The translations under genes and the position numbers were made by a program. The notes below the pieces were generated by a model. The model did not search any database, had not been told where the DNA came from, and saw only the letters and a list, made by a program, of their open reading frames with translations. A stretch of 64,000 nt of DNA, taken from contig NC_135260.1 in the NCBI RefSeq assembly GCF_964204865.1, positions 9,610,001-9,674,000 of the forward strand. Direction: 5' to 3'. The DNA comes from Styela clava (lineage: Eukaryota). This document shows, piece by piece, positions 1 through 15,400 of the stretch (the stretch's first letter is position 1; the number at the start of each line of letters is the position of its first letter).

Positions 1-41
1 GACATACTTGCATGCAACTGTTTATAATTTTAATTAATTTT

Positions 42-253
42 GGTACTCCCCGAGTATGTGAACCAGGTTGGGGTTAGTTCGTAATTTTATTCAGATTTTC
101 CTTATTTTAGTTCTATTGTGAGTTCGGGACCGTTCGTGTTACCCAAGTGAATATCCCTCTGTTCCTAGGTTTCAGTCCTTATACACAAATTGGTGTAAAA
201 TAGTCAAACAAAATTAGTTACCTCCATAATGGTACGCATACTACTTTCAACGC
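42..253 (+). mobile_element. ~210-bp interspersed repeat family A (degenerate copy)
   Basis: Aligns by eye to 778-991 and 50793-51008. Confidence 0.8.
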
Positions 254-285
254 AGAAAAATAATAAATATTATTTTATTTTCCAG

Positions 286-478
286 ACATTGGTTCGACTA
301 TGCAAACATATATCACCAGCTGAAGAATTATCTCACCGAGATGATCTTGGTTTATTATTTTCTGCCGTTACGTCTTGGTGTCCCCCACACAACTCAGTAT
401 GGAGACAAGCAGCATCTGAAGTTCTCAATGTAATCTCAAGACATGGACTCAGTCACAATGTAGTGCAGTATATAAGAA
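286..478 (+). CDS. WDFY3: WDFY3 exon (window exon 1)
   Basis: tttccag|ACA..AGA A|gtaagt; TLVRLCKHISPAEEL...YIR. Confidence 0.9.
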
Positions 479-3400
479 GTAAGTATATGAAATAATTAAT
501 CGTTATTTGAGCAATCCGGACATGAGACATCAGGAAGAGTAAAGGGGGTGGAAGGATGCAAGTCATTGAATTCATTTCTTGTTAGTATTACTCAAACAAG
601 TTATGACTGTTGGCTGACAAATAAAAGTTCCAACTAGTTGAAAGCTTAATTTCTGAGGCCATTGCCGAAAGTGTTTTGATCCTGATTAGGCTATACGTTG
701 TTCGTTTATGAATGCTTGTCTTTTGTATGAATATAATGTTCCATTTAGGGAACCATTTCTGGAGCCAGTACAATTTCGGTACTCCCGTAGTATGTGTATC
801 AGGTTAGGGTTAGGCCATAATTTTATTCCGATTTTCCTTATTTTAGTTCTATTACGAGTCCGGGAACTGTCTGTGTTAGCCAACTGAATGTACCCCTGCT
901 CATAGGTTTCAGTCCCTTTACACAACTTGATGTTAAGTAGGCGAACAAAATTAGTTACCTCCATGTTGGTACACATACTTCTTGAGCGCCCGGCTTTTAC
1001 ATTCAATAAATCAGATTTAATATATTGCCAAATCGTCCATACTTCAATGTAAAAACGACATACTTTATGAAGAATGACATGAAATCATATTGGTTCAGGT
1101 CACAAACTTTTGTATTGAATAATGATAGATATATTGAAGCTTAAAATAACTTTCAACACGTCATTTAAGCGATGTATGACTAAGTCTTGATGACTTTCTA
1201 TATTTCTTTATTGAAGACAATAGTATGGAATGCGACTGACGAATTTTGTCATATTTCCTGAAAGTTTCTTATTAGGCAACAAGTGAACCTATGAATTTGC
1301 GTTGAATTTTTGTTGTTATAAGTATTCCTTTTCTTGTTGTTGCGAAAAACTTGCTTTTCTGCTGCACTGATTTCTTTGAAATGCCACATTCTATTTATCA
1401 TTATTTCACTAACAAGTTGTTGTGTTACTTGATCCATCAATCCTAATTTTAACAAGTTATATATTGTGATCATGAATGGCCAAATCTGAATAATTTACTA
1501 TATTGAATACATATGAGATAATAAATTCTGATAACAAATTTCAATATTTATAAATTGGTCATATTTAGCAAAGAAATTGGAGAAAATCAATTTGGTAAAT
1601 GCAGAATAGATAAATATTAATTTTTAATTCATCAAATAGATTTGAAGTCTATGTTTTTCTTACCATATTATGCCAAATACTCAAAATCATGAACATTTGA
1701 ATCAAGCTGTTCTAATTTATTGTAAATCAAGAATTTATAATATCAAATGTGGCTAATATTCGAATATTCAATTCATTTTGGGCATTCTGGACCTGACTAG
1801 GGGGCGCTCCAGGAGTATGTGTATCAATATGGAGGTAACTGATTTTTTTCGCCTACTTCACATCAAGTCGTGTAAACGGACTGAAATATTCACTTGGCTA
1901 ACACAGACAGTCCCCGAACTCGTAATAAAACTAAAATAAGGAAAATCGGAATGAAAGTATTGCCTAACCCTAACCTGGTACATATACTACAGGAGTACAG
2001 ACTGAGGTATGTGTGTTGCCACCTTTCATATTACACAACACCATAAGCTTCCTATTTCAATTTTGTATTGCAGGTAAACATTGCATATCAACATGCATCG
2101 ACAACCTACGACGTTCCATGCACAGTTCGATGAAAAGTGCTACGAGTGATGCACAAGAGATATCACTCAGCACAGAGGGTGAAATTTCAGATCTAGATCT
2201 GGTCGATGCTCTCGTAAGCATAATGAGATTCGTCAGAGACACAGCCGACGTCACACAAATGATTTTAGAGGATTTTCGACAATGCAATGGCTACGGTTTC
2301 TTGACTGAATTTTTACTGAGGTTGGTGATTTATTAAATCAGTGAACTATTCTAAAGTGTTGATATATTTTGATTTTAGCATCCATAAATCAAGCATAGCA
2401 TAACATAGCATAACTGGATTTTCCTTTCATTTTTTTGATTAGCTACTATCTTTGGAAATTTCGAACTTGTTCCATTTTCGTTAATGGCAACCCGATTTGT
2501 AGAAGCATAAGTGATGTGGTGATAGTGATGTAGGGTTGATTTCGATTGATTGTCATGTTCAAGATTGGTTTTGATGGTGTTTGGATGAACGAAGCCTGAT
2601 CTATGGCCTAGAGAGGTCTATTTGATTTACTAGTGAGGAATCTAGCTTGATAAATATGCAGTATGGAAAAATTTACAACTTTCACAAGACATGGCAGATT
2701 CCTCAGTATCGTTTACTGCTTGACTGGGTCTTGGCTCAGGATGATGATTTCGCAAAAATCTTTTTATCTGTTCGTATTACCTTGTTGTGAAATATACTAG
2801 AAAGTAGAAATATGTTGAGATAACATAATACAAGAATAGTCTTCTCTTCCTTCATTTTATTGCAAAATATGAGACAAGGTGGGGCAAAAGTAGGCTAATA
2901 TCCTTTATTGGTTTGTTTCCCAACCTTTTATGGCTCGTGGCCCTCTTCGGAGGCTTTCAGCACTCATGGCCACCTGTTTGTCATTACAGTAGTATTTATA
3001 GTGTTGTTTTTATTGTTGGATTCCGAATCCCATCAGGTTTACCAAAATTGTGTGTGAAAAAACTTTGTCAAGCAATGAAACTGGGAAGAATGGGAGGTTT
3101 TCTTGTAAAGAGAAAAATAAAATAAGTTTCGCGCCTAGCATTGTGGCCCCCCTTCAACTGTTCTGTGGCCTCCGTGGGTTAAAGGAACTATCTACCAGCA
3201 TTGTATATTTGGCCCAGATACTTACGATTTTTGCATCTGCATCATTGTTTACATATTGTATGATTGTTTCATGACGATGTTGATGCAATTATGCAACTAA
3301 TGCATAGATGATTTCAGTTGGAATTTGTTAATTAAATATGACTCATTTGCATTCATTACATAGATATTAGTAATAATTGGTCACAAAAATATGTCATAAC

Positions 3401-6400
3401 CATTTTTCGCAAAGTGTTTGCTAGGCTACTAAGAGTAAGATAAAATAATCAGCAGAAAATACAATGCAATCTACAAGTATAGGCAAAGGATTTTCATGTT
3501 TAACCTGGGATTGAGCAGTGTCGATTAGGCATTTATATATTGAACCATGACCTCTCTCCCGTTTATGTGTCCATGCCTGGTATGGGAATAGCTAACCAGT
3601 TACTTGTTTCAGATACATGAATATATTGTTAAAGTAAGCCATAACCGACCACCAATTAATTATATGTAACAATATCGGTTCTTTGTGGTGCTCCCTTCTC
3701 CCGGCCTGCGAATATCCTTCCGCTTCTTATTTCTACCTTGGGTCAAAAAACTTGCCACTGCTCTAGCATATAATTATCCCTCACAGGATTCGAACCTGAG
3801 GGGATATAATTTTTCTCATTTCTCAAACTCAGTGATTCTAATTGCCAGTCTTTGTAATCTGTATGCATTTGCAGATTGGAACTTTTAGCCGAAGGAAGTG
3901 AAAATCACAGAGAAGGCGTTCGAAGTATTGTCAGTAATTTAGAAATTTTAACGACATCTGGTTTCGTGGAGTTAAATCCAGGCCCTGCTGTTCAAGCTTC
4001 TCCTTTTCAAGCTCATTTTGAAGTCCCTGAACCTGTTGGAAAAGGTTTGTTGTTGCTTTTTTATATGTATGGAGTGGCAATTTATGCTGTTTTTCCTTTT
4101 ATTCGTAGTATTTTATAACACCGTTTCTTAGTCATTTATTTTCAGTCTGGAGTTGTGGCTTCACTACTTCAATTAATTATATTTATCGTTTCCATGTTAG
4201 CATTTGTTATAAACATACATAGAATTTAACATAGAACATAACATAGAACAAACATAGAATTTAATAAGCTTTATTATTCTTTATACTACTTGAAATCTTG
4301 ATTTAAATATCGAATCAATATACTGATTTTCTCTTTTTTAGGGGCGAGTGTTCGCAATCTTCAAGCTTTCCAAGTTTTAGAACAGGCTTTCATTCGTGGT
4401 AGAACGAGCCTATTATGTCTTGGTGTTTTAGACGGAATTTTGAATGTTTATAGAAGAGATCCCGCTAACTATTTTATTCTGGCTGGGCAACACACACTGT
4501 CAACTTTTGCGGAACCATTGTTGGAAAAGAGATTTGATGTTTTATCCAAGTATGTTGTTATTATTGGGTGAATGATTGTTGTATTTAGCTGTACAACATT
4601 GTATGAAATTATAAAATCTTTTGCTGTCTTGCTAAATTTTACTCACACGTTATATAAGGTGTAGGGTCTGGAACGATGAAATTTTCTGTTCTACCCGAGT
4701 ACCCATTGTCATACCGGACTATACAATAGTCTATGTATTGTTGTATGCTTGGTACATATGTTACATCTAATCATCAAATCATCAAAGTTGCATATCTCAT
4801 AAGACTTGCCAAGTGAACAAATTAGGCTTTTCATAATATTCTAGTTTTAACCTCGAAGAACAACCGGACAAAACGCTTTACAACCATAGCATAACAAGTG
4901 TAATTTCTCTTTACCGTACGTAAATTGTGGTGAACTGTTCAATGTTAATATGTATTTCCTAACAGCAACGGTACCCCAGTCAATTTTGGTCTGGTTAATA
5001 ATACCCGAAGTGTTTTGACCGTACCTACTATCCCAATACCCGGTAAAATTGGGTCTCCCTTTGCACAGATGGATAGATGAAGTTCCATATTGTTCGATTT
5101 ACCTTATGTTACTTTTTTATTGCTTCAAGATTGATTTTATTTTATTAGTTAACCTAGTTTCCATACTCATCAATTATGCTTTTTATTGATCTGTTGTATT
5201 GTAGAAAGCTACCATTATTATACTCAATTTACATTATCCTGCTTTCTCAAATTTAGGAAATTTGTCATAATTTGGATGTTACTTTATGTCTTTGAATATA
5301 TGGAACAAATTGATTAAAGTATGCTTAGTAACCATATTGAACAAATTTTATCAGCATTATTGATTAGAATAAATAATACATATTCAGGTTCAAAAATAAA
5401 TGCATAAAGCAAATATTCGAACCGATTTGAAATCAGTTATATTCGATATTTTCAATTCTTGATCTAAGGATTAATATAGAATATTATCATTTAAATAATT
5501 ACAAAAGATCAATGCTTAAATATATGGATATGAAGGCCATACCCTGGAGCTGTAGTATCAAATTTTTTACAGTACCTGTGTAGTGAATAGACTTTGTTGA
5601 GCCAATATGTGATTGCTTGTTGACTTCTACTTTTGTATTGATTTTCCAGGTATTTTTCTCTACTTGAATTTGTTGCACTTGAATTGTCGTTCGTTCCATG
5701 CAAAGAACTAGTCAGTCTCACTCTTATACTGAAGGATGACAGGTAAAACTTTAGTAGTGGAAGTTTTTATGTCATAGTCTGTAAACATTATCAGATCAGA
5801 ATTCAGGGGTTCCCAAACTAAATTCTTAATAGATTTGAAATTAGTTATATTCATTTGAAAAATTTTCTGATTTCCAGGAATAATTTTAGGTAGCTTTTTT
5901 GAAAATTGTCATTTTGACCAATTTAAAACCAGGAAAAGGTCATTACCGATTAACTAAAAAACTATTCGAATATTTACTTATTTAATTAACAATATCTCTG
6001 TTTCCAAATATTTTCTGTGTTAAATACGGCAAACTATTCAAAAATATGTGAATGCTTTATAATTTTCTTCAAATAGGTCGCTACAATGCAGTATTGCTTG
6101 TGTTGAAAGTCTTCGCAAGATTATTGCTTCTAATTCCAAGTTATACAGAGAAGTCTACCGAGAAGTTGGAGTTTTAGAAGTACTCGTGACATGCCTACAT
6201 AAGTAAGTCATTATTACAGATGGTCAGGGGGGGGGGGGGGGGGGTTAAAATTTCTAATTGCTAAGTTAAACTGTTTCAGCTAGCGGGTCTTATGTATGAT
6301 ACAGAATACATGGAGCCCGACCCTCATATCCCACCCTCCTGGCTACGCCCTCGTTGATAATTAATAATGTTGTTACTCCTACTTTCATGATCAGAGAACC

Positions 6401-9400
6401 CCTTCCTAAAATTCTTCCCTCCTTTACTATAAAAATACCTAGTTCTGTTTTTGAAGGATTTCCTTCTTCACCAAGGATACAAAGTATAAAATAAGAATAC
6501 TCTTTATTACAGTAATTCAATGATTTCTTTTCTTTCTAGAATTTTCTGTTATTTATTTTTGGTGTTCAATTTTGTTCAGGTACGCAGCAGTTTTAAAAAG
6601 TTCAGACGAATTAGAGGAAAGTCGAACAAGACTCGGACAATTGAGCATGGAACTTCTTGCCGAGTTGCTGAAAAACTGTCCTGCAAATGCTGGTGTGTAA
6701 AAAATTGAATCCGTTTTTGTTCATGTTTTAAATGGCTTATTTGGTTTAAACTATGAAATATGAATTCTTTTTGTATTATATTTTTTTCTCAAATCATGTG
6801 GAAAATTTTTAACTTTGGAAGTAACAAAATCAAAACTTTGGCCGTTTTCAATCTCTCTTTTTGTTCCAGTCATCCTTTTCCAATTGACTGTCGAGAACAC
6901 TTGACGCTTTCTGCAATGTCATCATAGTTAATTCTCATTTTTAATCAATCACTTTTACTTTTACAGGTGTTTTTCGGGAAACTGGAGGTGCGCGGTGTGC
7001 CCACAATCTCGTACCCTTCTCTGAAAGTAGATCTCGTGCTTTAAATATTGTGGAAACACTGATTCTTCAACCACCTGGTTCATCCAGTGATGATGATGAC
7101 ATGGGAACTTTACTTGGGTTATTAAGCACAGTTCCACCTAAAGATCTCATTCTGAAAACTGATATTTTGAAGTCACTTCTCAAGGTGATTAGAAAATATT
7201 ATAAAGGGTATTTTTTGAGTGAGACTCGTATCTGACTCGGTGAAAGCCCTCGCACCTCGCTTGCAACAAAACTTTCTCCATTTGAGACCAATATTACTGT
7301 CAGGTTTCACATATGTGGATGCAGGAAAAGGTTGAAACAGGCCTTCGAAAACTCAGTTTTCGGTCTCGGAGGGGAGGGGACACGATGCAGTCCCTTGGGG
7401 TGATTAGCAAAGACCATCCACCAGATACTTTTTTCTTAAAACTTGGCTTACGACTTGGTGGGGCCACGGTGTGGTCCTCTGTGGGCCATGAGTAGCATTC
7501 ACGTTGACTACATTCATTTAAAATAAATTAGGATTTGATGAAATTTTCGTTAACTAAGCATTTCAGCAATTATTCAAACAAAACAACTAGTGGAAACGCG
7601 TTTAAAGGCAAGCGAGGTATATTTAGCAAAAAAGAAAACTAATACTATTGAATGACAAGAGGAACAAGGATCATAAAAGTTTGAGAACCACACAATTGCA
7701 CAGCTTCATGTTCAATAGTAGTATTTTTCGTCAAATTGTAATTGTGTTTTCAAATGCAGGTCATTACTGAAAGTCGTGACGCAAGAATAGTATTTCGTAA
7801 AGTTGGAGGATTCATCAATGTCATTTCAGTATTGGTATCTGTGGAAGGTAATGTTCTTTATTTCTCTTCATTCATACATCGCAAACAAATTACCTCCGTC
7901 CTTTGTGTTTCCTGTATCCATTCATTTTTTTTACCTTACAAGATAAACTATCCTATTATATGTTGGCTTCTAATTAGTACTTCAATCTAGACCTCTAACA
8001 CAAAATGAGAGTGAAGTAACCTAATGTTCCCAATTAATCTTCATTTTCCAATATTCATAATCTGAAGTAGGAATAACAATAACTTTTCGAATATTCAAAA
8101 ATAGTTAAGATAATTGCACATGTACGTCATTGCATTGGGTTTCCGTTAGATTAATAAAAAAGCTAGAATGCATATAGCAATGTTCGCTTATTGTTTCAGC
8201 CCAATAGTTGTCAATTGAAGAAAATTTGCATTCGCAATGTTTTTTGTACTAGGGATTAGGAAATGTAGGGATGCCCAAACGACTCAAATATTCGAACACA
8301 TTCGGAATTTATTATATTTGATATAAAAAGTTTTTGATTTAGGAATAATTTAGAATATTTGTATTTGAAAATTATGCATTTTGGGCCGCCGGACAAGCGG
8401 TCGAACATACAATATCTCAACTGGTAACATACAACACAGAGAAAATATATTTATGTCGATTTAGATGTTACTAGTTGAGCTGAAGGTTCATGTAATTTCC
8501 AACGCAAATTTGTCGCCAGTTTAGAATGTATAGAAAATATTTTCTCTGAATATATTCGGAATATTGAAATATTCCGTTTTGGTCATCCCAAGATACTAGT
8601 ATATATTTTGAGATTGTCGTTAAATACTTAATTTAATCTAATTTTATACAAGGTTGCTTGGAAGATCCTCCCGTTGGTTTATGGGCAGCATTACAACTAC
8701 ACGATATATTGAAATTACTTGAAGTTACATTCCAAACACTGTGCGTCGCTCTCAGATTGCCTTCAAATAAAAGATTTTTTCATGCAGAGGTATTATAAAT
8801 TTTTTTACATGTCAGATTTTGGTATATTTTGTAAGTTTTCCAGAAATGGAAAATTCAGAATATTCAAACCAGAAGATTCGACTGAAAGAACATACATGCT
8901 TGCTCTGCTTAGTGGTGTCTTGAAGCAGACCATTATTAAGCAGAGCATTGTTCACAGTGAAAGGGATATAAATACATTTTTATCAAATAAAAATACCTGC
9001 ATCTAAAATATGAACACTAATAATAACTGCTGATTCAAAAGTATTCCCAATTTTTTGTCCATTACCTTTTGCTATCAAAGTGTCAGTATTTAATGATTAC
9101 GTAAATTTTTACAATTCAAGTTGAATGTAATATTGTCAAATGTCTGAATCTTTATCAATAAGCGAGATGCCACTATGGTATTATATAAAACTTAATGCTC
9201 AGGACGTGGGGTGCGCGATGACATCATGAGCACCTTGTGGCATTTCAGCATTCGTGTTCGTGGTTAGGCGAAGTCGCAAAGACTGCGGTACCGGTAGTCT
9301 ACTGTGACGGATTGCATACTCGTATTACTTCGTTTGGCCTTGGTGTCCATAAATTTGAGCATTGCTTTCTCGTTCCTTCTGTTTTTACCTAGAACCTAAA

Positions 9401-12400
9401 ATATTTACAACTATTTTCAGGTTCAATTTGAAAGCTTACGTAGTGCTGTAAGATATCTTGGTTGTTTTACTGATGACTGTGAAGTGGAAAAACTGATTGC
9501 AAAGGGAGAAAAGGAAACTGACAACGCTACCAATACAAATGAGAAACTATCAGATCTCAAACCATCAGATTTGCCACTAATCACTTCATCTCTAGGGTCT
9601 CTGGACCCGATTAGCTTGCTGTCTTCTTCTCTTCCGAGCAGTGAGAAAAGTCATCAAATATGGACCAATAACTGTGTCAGTGTGCTTTCAGTATTTCGCT
9701 TCCTCTACCTTCTTGCGACGGATTCGTTTAAAGATGAAGTGTTATGTAAGATTTTACAATTGGAGGATCAAAAGTCATCTTCAACAACGTAAGTCATTGA
9801 GAATATGATTTTTAGAATTAAGCTTGTCTCTAGTTACTTGTTCAATGTCCAAAATATGATTACCGAACCGAATGTAAAAGTTCATGGTTCTCCCAAAATT
9901 TGTAGCTTCCACATATCGTTACATATCAGTTGATTCCTATACAGAGCCTTTTTTGGGAGCAAAAGACGTGAATAAGCAGCATATAACTCAGTGGTCTTCA
10001 AACTTTTTGAGACACGACCCCATCTACAATATTATTACGTATGATAAGCACTCGCGACCCCAAGTTATATATATATATATATATGTTCACCTACAGACTA
10101 GAAAAAAATATTTATCAAATTCGGAAATTTATTGAAAGAACCCAACAACAACCATATTTAATCAGTGTGAAGAATGCTTCCTTCCAACGAGATCTTGCAT
10201 TCGTGGCTTAATGTTGTTTAAGCTCAAACGCAAATCGTGTTCTACGTTTAATCGATTTCGGTGCTTTGATTTAGGCCAGTGGTTCTCAACCTTTTTTCAT
10301 TCGTGGCCCACTTTTTGTTGCACAAAAGTTCTGTGTCCCACTAAGTTTTTTATGCTAGAAAAGTGTTTTCCGAATGAATTTTTATTCAACTGACTGTTAG
10401 TGGGTTATCTGCTGCTGAACATTATCAACTAACACATTAATTTTTGGTGGGTTCCAAGCTTTTGTTTTGATTTGTTTCGATATGGAAAACCCTGCTTTCA
10501 GATAAAGTTTAAGTTTTCATGGTCTTAATGAATGATGTCCAAGAACTTTGTAGCATGAAACACACTGTTCTTTTACTTCAGTTTTCAGGAAAAGATGTGA
10601 ATCATACTGAATGTAACTTTTGTTTTCAACTGATGTCTAATTCTCATATGTTTCAATATACGATACTATTGAAATTCCTTTCCCCTTTCTACAGTCATGC
10701 CGTAGAATGTGTTTGTTGAGTCACAATGCGTTTTAACGGCGAAGCATGTTTTGCAAATAGATATCTTGTTTTTACAAAACGTGTGAAGCTGATTTTGTAA
10801 ATGAATCAATTTTTTCAATCAACAATACTTGCGATTTAAAAATTGGTCTGTGGCCCACTCCAAAAACGCTCCATGGCTCACTAGTGGGCCATGGCCCACC
10901 GGTTGAGAACCAGTGATTTAGGCAGACTCATAGCAATAAAAGTCAAGCTTTCAAAAAGACTGATCATACGATATTTTTTTCTTTTATGTTTATCAGCCAT
11001 TTAATAAATTGTAATTATCAATATGACGGTAGCCTGGAAAATGAGGCTTTGCAGTAAAAGCACTTTAAAATATTAAAAGCACTTTTAAATATAAATTACT
11101 GTAGTTAAGCAATAGCCTTATTAAAAAAGAAGTCACACCAATTCGAAATATCGAAACTTGCTAGCCTATGTAGCGTTATTCAATTTAACAGTGCAGACGA
11201 CTACACGCTGTTGTGTATTTGTGTCATAGAACACTGTTTTTCACTCGGACTAAATTTGTGATTATGAGGTCATAATTGATTTATCGTAATTGCTCTTGAT
11301 ATTACCTGTCTGCGTGCTTGTTATTCATTCTTTTGTTTGAAGTATCTAGCGTTAAGCCGAGAAGTCACACACATAATAAAAATAATAAAAGAAAAGACAA
11401 CGATGGGCATTCGGCGACCCCAGAAATATTTAAGGCGACCCCACTTGGGGTTGCGACCCACACTTTGGTGATCACTGATATAACTGACAAAAATTTCATT
11501 AAGCCTATCTTATTTTTTTATTGTTTCACAGAACATCACCAGATTCTATCAGCAGTAAATCATCACCTTCCCACGATTATCATCATAAAAATATTCCGCA
11601 TTGTCATCATTCGTTAGTTATTGATATTATGATGTTACTCGTTCCTGTTATTCCTGCTCGACCATCAAGACAAGTGAGTTGATTGATTGAGTGAGTTAGT
11701 AGAGTGAGTGATTATTTGTCTCATTTGACAAAAATTGGAATCTTGCTGCAAATGATCAAATTTGAATTCGAATCCTTTCAAAAATGGATTATGTCCCTTA
11801 CTTTTAAATTATGGATTTAAAGAATAATTTACAATGTTTTTTTTTTTCAAAAAATAATCATTTTGAAAAATTTTAAATTCATGATATGATCATAAATTCT
11901 TTTATTTTATTTCTGGAAACAGAAAACTAGTGAACCAATCAAATCATCGATAATCTTTCATGCATATCCAGCTTTAAACTTTGTTGAACCATACATAAGC
12001 TCTAAATAATAATAATTAGTCAATATTTTTAAAATAGCATTTTGAAAGGTATTTGGATTAGTAGATCATTTGTACATTTCTAATCATTTCTCCTTTCACT
12101 TTTACTAAATCTTTATAATTTGAATTTTTATGTGTGCGCTTTCGACCCTAATTCTAGTAATATAAGAAAGCAATGCTCAGATTTATAGACTTGAGATATC
12201 TAGTGCCTCGCCGCAGTTGTGGGATCGGCTTGCCTAGAAATAGTCATCTGATCATTTAAAATCCATCATGATAGCAATTCACATCGGTACCAGTAAGGCC
12301 TTAAAATTCTGCTTGGTGATGCCACTCAAGAACTTAACAAAACAATCCATATATATGTGTCCAATGAAACCTTCATTTTTTAACATTTTTGCTCAATTTT

Positions 12401-15400
12401 TTGTTTTTGTTCAGATGCAGATTGATTTGCAGTATTACATTTTGGAACAAATCAATTCGCTTTTAAATTTGGAGAGGAACGAGCAGATACTGTGCAAGAG
12501 TGGTTTGCTCTCAACTCTTCTCAGAAACTACTCAGATATTTTATGTGATGATTCTCATCCACTTAATTCAGCTATACAAAGAATAATGGAACGACTTGCT
12601 ACTCAGACTGTTTCTCCAAGAGAGTTAAGGTTTGTGATCTTTTAGTACAGAAGGGCCATATACAAATGACTGGGTGAACTGCGGGTGGCTCTTCATTTAT
12701 TATTTTCTTTGATGGCTGCATTTGGCCTGCGGGCCGCAAGTTGCACACCCCTGTTTGAGTATTTTTCCAAAAGAAGTGAAACTAACTCATTACTGAGTGC
12801 ATAATGGGAATTCAGCTCATTTGTAGCGGAATTCAACCATAAAAATTTGTGTAACAGTGTTATCAAGCAAAACGGATAGTGATGACGGTGGTTCTCAAAC
12901 TTTCATGATGGGCTGTGGGCTCCCTTCTAAAGAAACTCAACCCTTTTGTACGCTTGGTAATACCTACCAATCATTGCTGATCCAGAATCTGTCTAGAATA
13001 GATCTGCGGTTCAAATAAAGTTATCTTGGGTCTTGGTCCATAATCATGATTTTTATATGGTTTTATTGATCTGTATAAAGTTATCAAATATAACTTAAAA
13101 CAGTTGCTTTGTCAGTTTAGTGAAATTCAGAAATTTCTTTGAACTCAACTTTTCGTAGCGGTTGATGCATCGAGCTTAGCTAAGGAGTAAGGTGTTAGGA
13201 TAATGTTCGACATAACTCTGATTTGCCTGCATGGGTTTGCAGGTTCAAATCTTCGCCTGAATGGGTTTGCAGGTTCAAATCTTCTGGAGATAATTAGTCG
13301 CGAAAGGATTGCTAGACTCCTCGTAGACGTAGGGACACTTGTTGATTACGGCTTCCTCCATCATCAAGTCCATGTATCTGAACCTAATGACTGGTTAAAT
13401 ATTTCCATACCTAACATGGACTAGAAACCTGGCAAGTGCCATTATTCACCATATGATTAAGCCACCTTATTGCCTCTACTGTCAGCCGGGATAAAATTAA
13501 ATTACTATGCCATCCAAATATTTTCTATTTGACTAACAGGCAGTAAACCTTTGTATTATTAAATACAGGGATTTCCTTAGAATTGGCGATCCATTACATT
13601 GCAAAGATGAATTCATAAGCAATGGTACAATCAGTCTATCAAGAGTGAAAAATCTGGTATCGATGTCAACACCACGAAACATGGGGTTTCAAGAAGATGG
13701 AGCTGTCAATTATTTCAATCTGCCTGGATTTATCGAGTTTGATATGAATAGACAGGTGAGATATGTTGTCCTCGTTATTTCTAGTTCATCAATTTTGAGA
13801 TATCTATATCTGAGCTTAGTTAAATGAAATATTGGATTTTCTTTATAAGAGAAAACTGACAGCCACTAATTGTGCTACATTTTTATTTCAGTTAAATTGC
13901 ATGTGCCTTTACATAGGTTTGTGTTCAGCCTTCCGAAAGTACAGTATACCCAACTTGAGCGTTTTACACTCACTCGATTGGCTTATGAGATCAATGGTCA
14001 TGAACACTTTCTATAGCTATTGCATTACTGGGTTCATATCCTATGGAAATGAGCCAACAATATTACTGAACTCTTCTGTGGTCTATGTCACATTTCATGT
14101 ACTTATGTATGGGTTCTTTCAAACCATCCAAGTTCATAAATCTGTACTGTTAAATTGAAGTAGTTAGTCCTCTTAACCCAACTTGACTAGAAACCATCTT
14201 GTCCATATGATTAAGTTATTGAACATGATCGTCCTATCTGACCTGACCTATGGATCTTTTTGTTATTATGTTTTTGTTGTGAAAAAATGGATTTTCTCTT
14301 GAACTACTGGACCAATTATTTTGAAATATCCAGTGGTTAAATCTTGTTATTGTCTCTGAAGGCTATCACTTTTATTTTTTGTGGGCTCCTATGGGATTTG
14401 TTTTTCACTTTCAAAAACTTTGTGTGATGACCTCATCAAAATTAAAAATTGCGTGCCATGGTTTCATGATCAAATCTCGGTTATGTGGTGGTCAGACTAT
14501 CAGTAATGTAAAAGATTTGATACAACCTTGCCCATGTAAGGCCAACCATCGCCTTGCTTTATCAACTTTTCTTCTCTGTCAATGTGAATTATCATACAAT
14601 TGTCTATTACAACTTTATTTGCAGTTTTCGATTGCCTAAATTTATCTTGAATTGTGTTTTTACAACAGGGTTGTAGCTATCTCTTTATTCCAAGTCTGTT
14701 CCCTCAAGCTGCTTACACCAGTTCAGTTGTCGGACAGACAGACGCAAGCATCATTTCTGGAATTGGAATAGGTGAGTACAACATATCAGCAATGGTTTCA
14801 CAATTCAAATATTGCTACATGAGGATGAAAGTTAGCAGTGACTATATTTGGACACAAAATGTACATGGATGGTTTTGTTATTATTTTGTTGTTGGTATTT
14901 TTCTTCTTATTGTTATGAAAAATCACCTTTTTCATTAATTACTGGATCAATTTCTTTGGAATTTTCAGTGGTTGAAGATTGTATTTTTCACTAGGAGGCT
15001 GTTACTCTTATTTATTTCAAAAATTTCAATGGGTTTTATAGGATTTGTTTTTTGTGTGCGATGACGCCATCGAAAATTGCGCACCTTGTGGCGGTACCGG
15101 TAGTCTACTGTGACAGATTGCATACCAGTACTACTTCGTGTCCATATACCCGCATTTGAGCATCGCTCTCTGGTTCAAATTGTTATCTGCTTAGAATAGA
15201 CTTCTAGAACCATCATTGGCCATTGTTATGTTTTTCCATTTGACGAAGATTGGACACTCTGATAGCAGAGTATGATGAGGCAGGGGTTTGCCATGTGATT
15301 AAGCCATCTTATTAGTTTTTCTCTCCTATGTTAAAAATACGAAAAATCCTATCCTAGGATTAGATTTATGCCAAGGATGCTGTTGTCAGTTGGCAGATGC

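Noticed and set aside
801-814. TTAGGG repeats as an interstitial telomere
   Set aside because: Only two units, and they are a fixed part of repeat family A.
6226-6244. Poly-G run (also about 52683-52697 and poly-C about 58851-58864) as a G-quadruplex regulator
   Set aside because: Simple homopolymers within repeat remnants; no supporting evidence of function.
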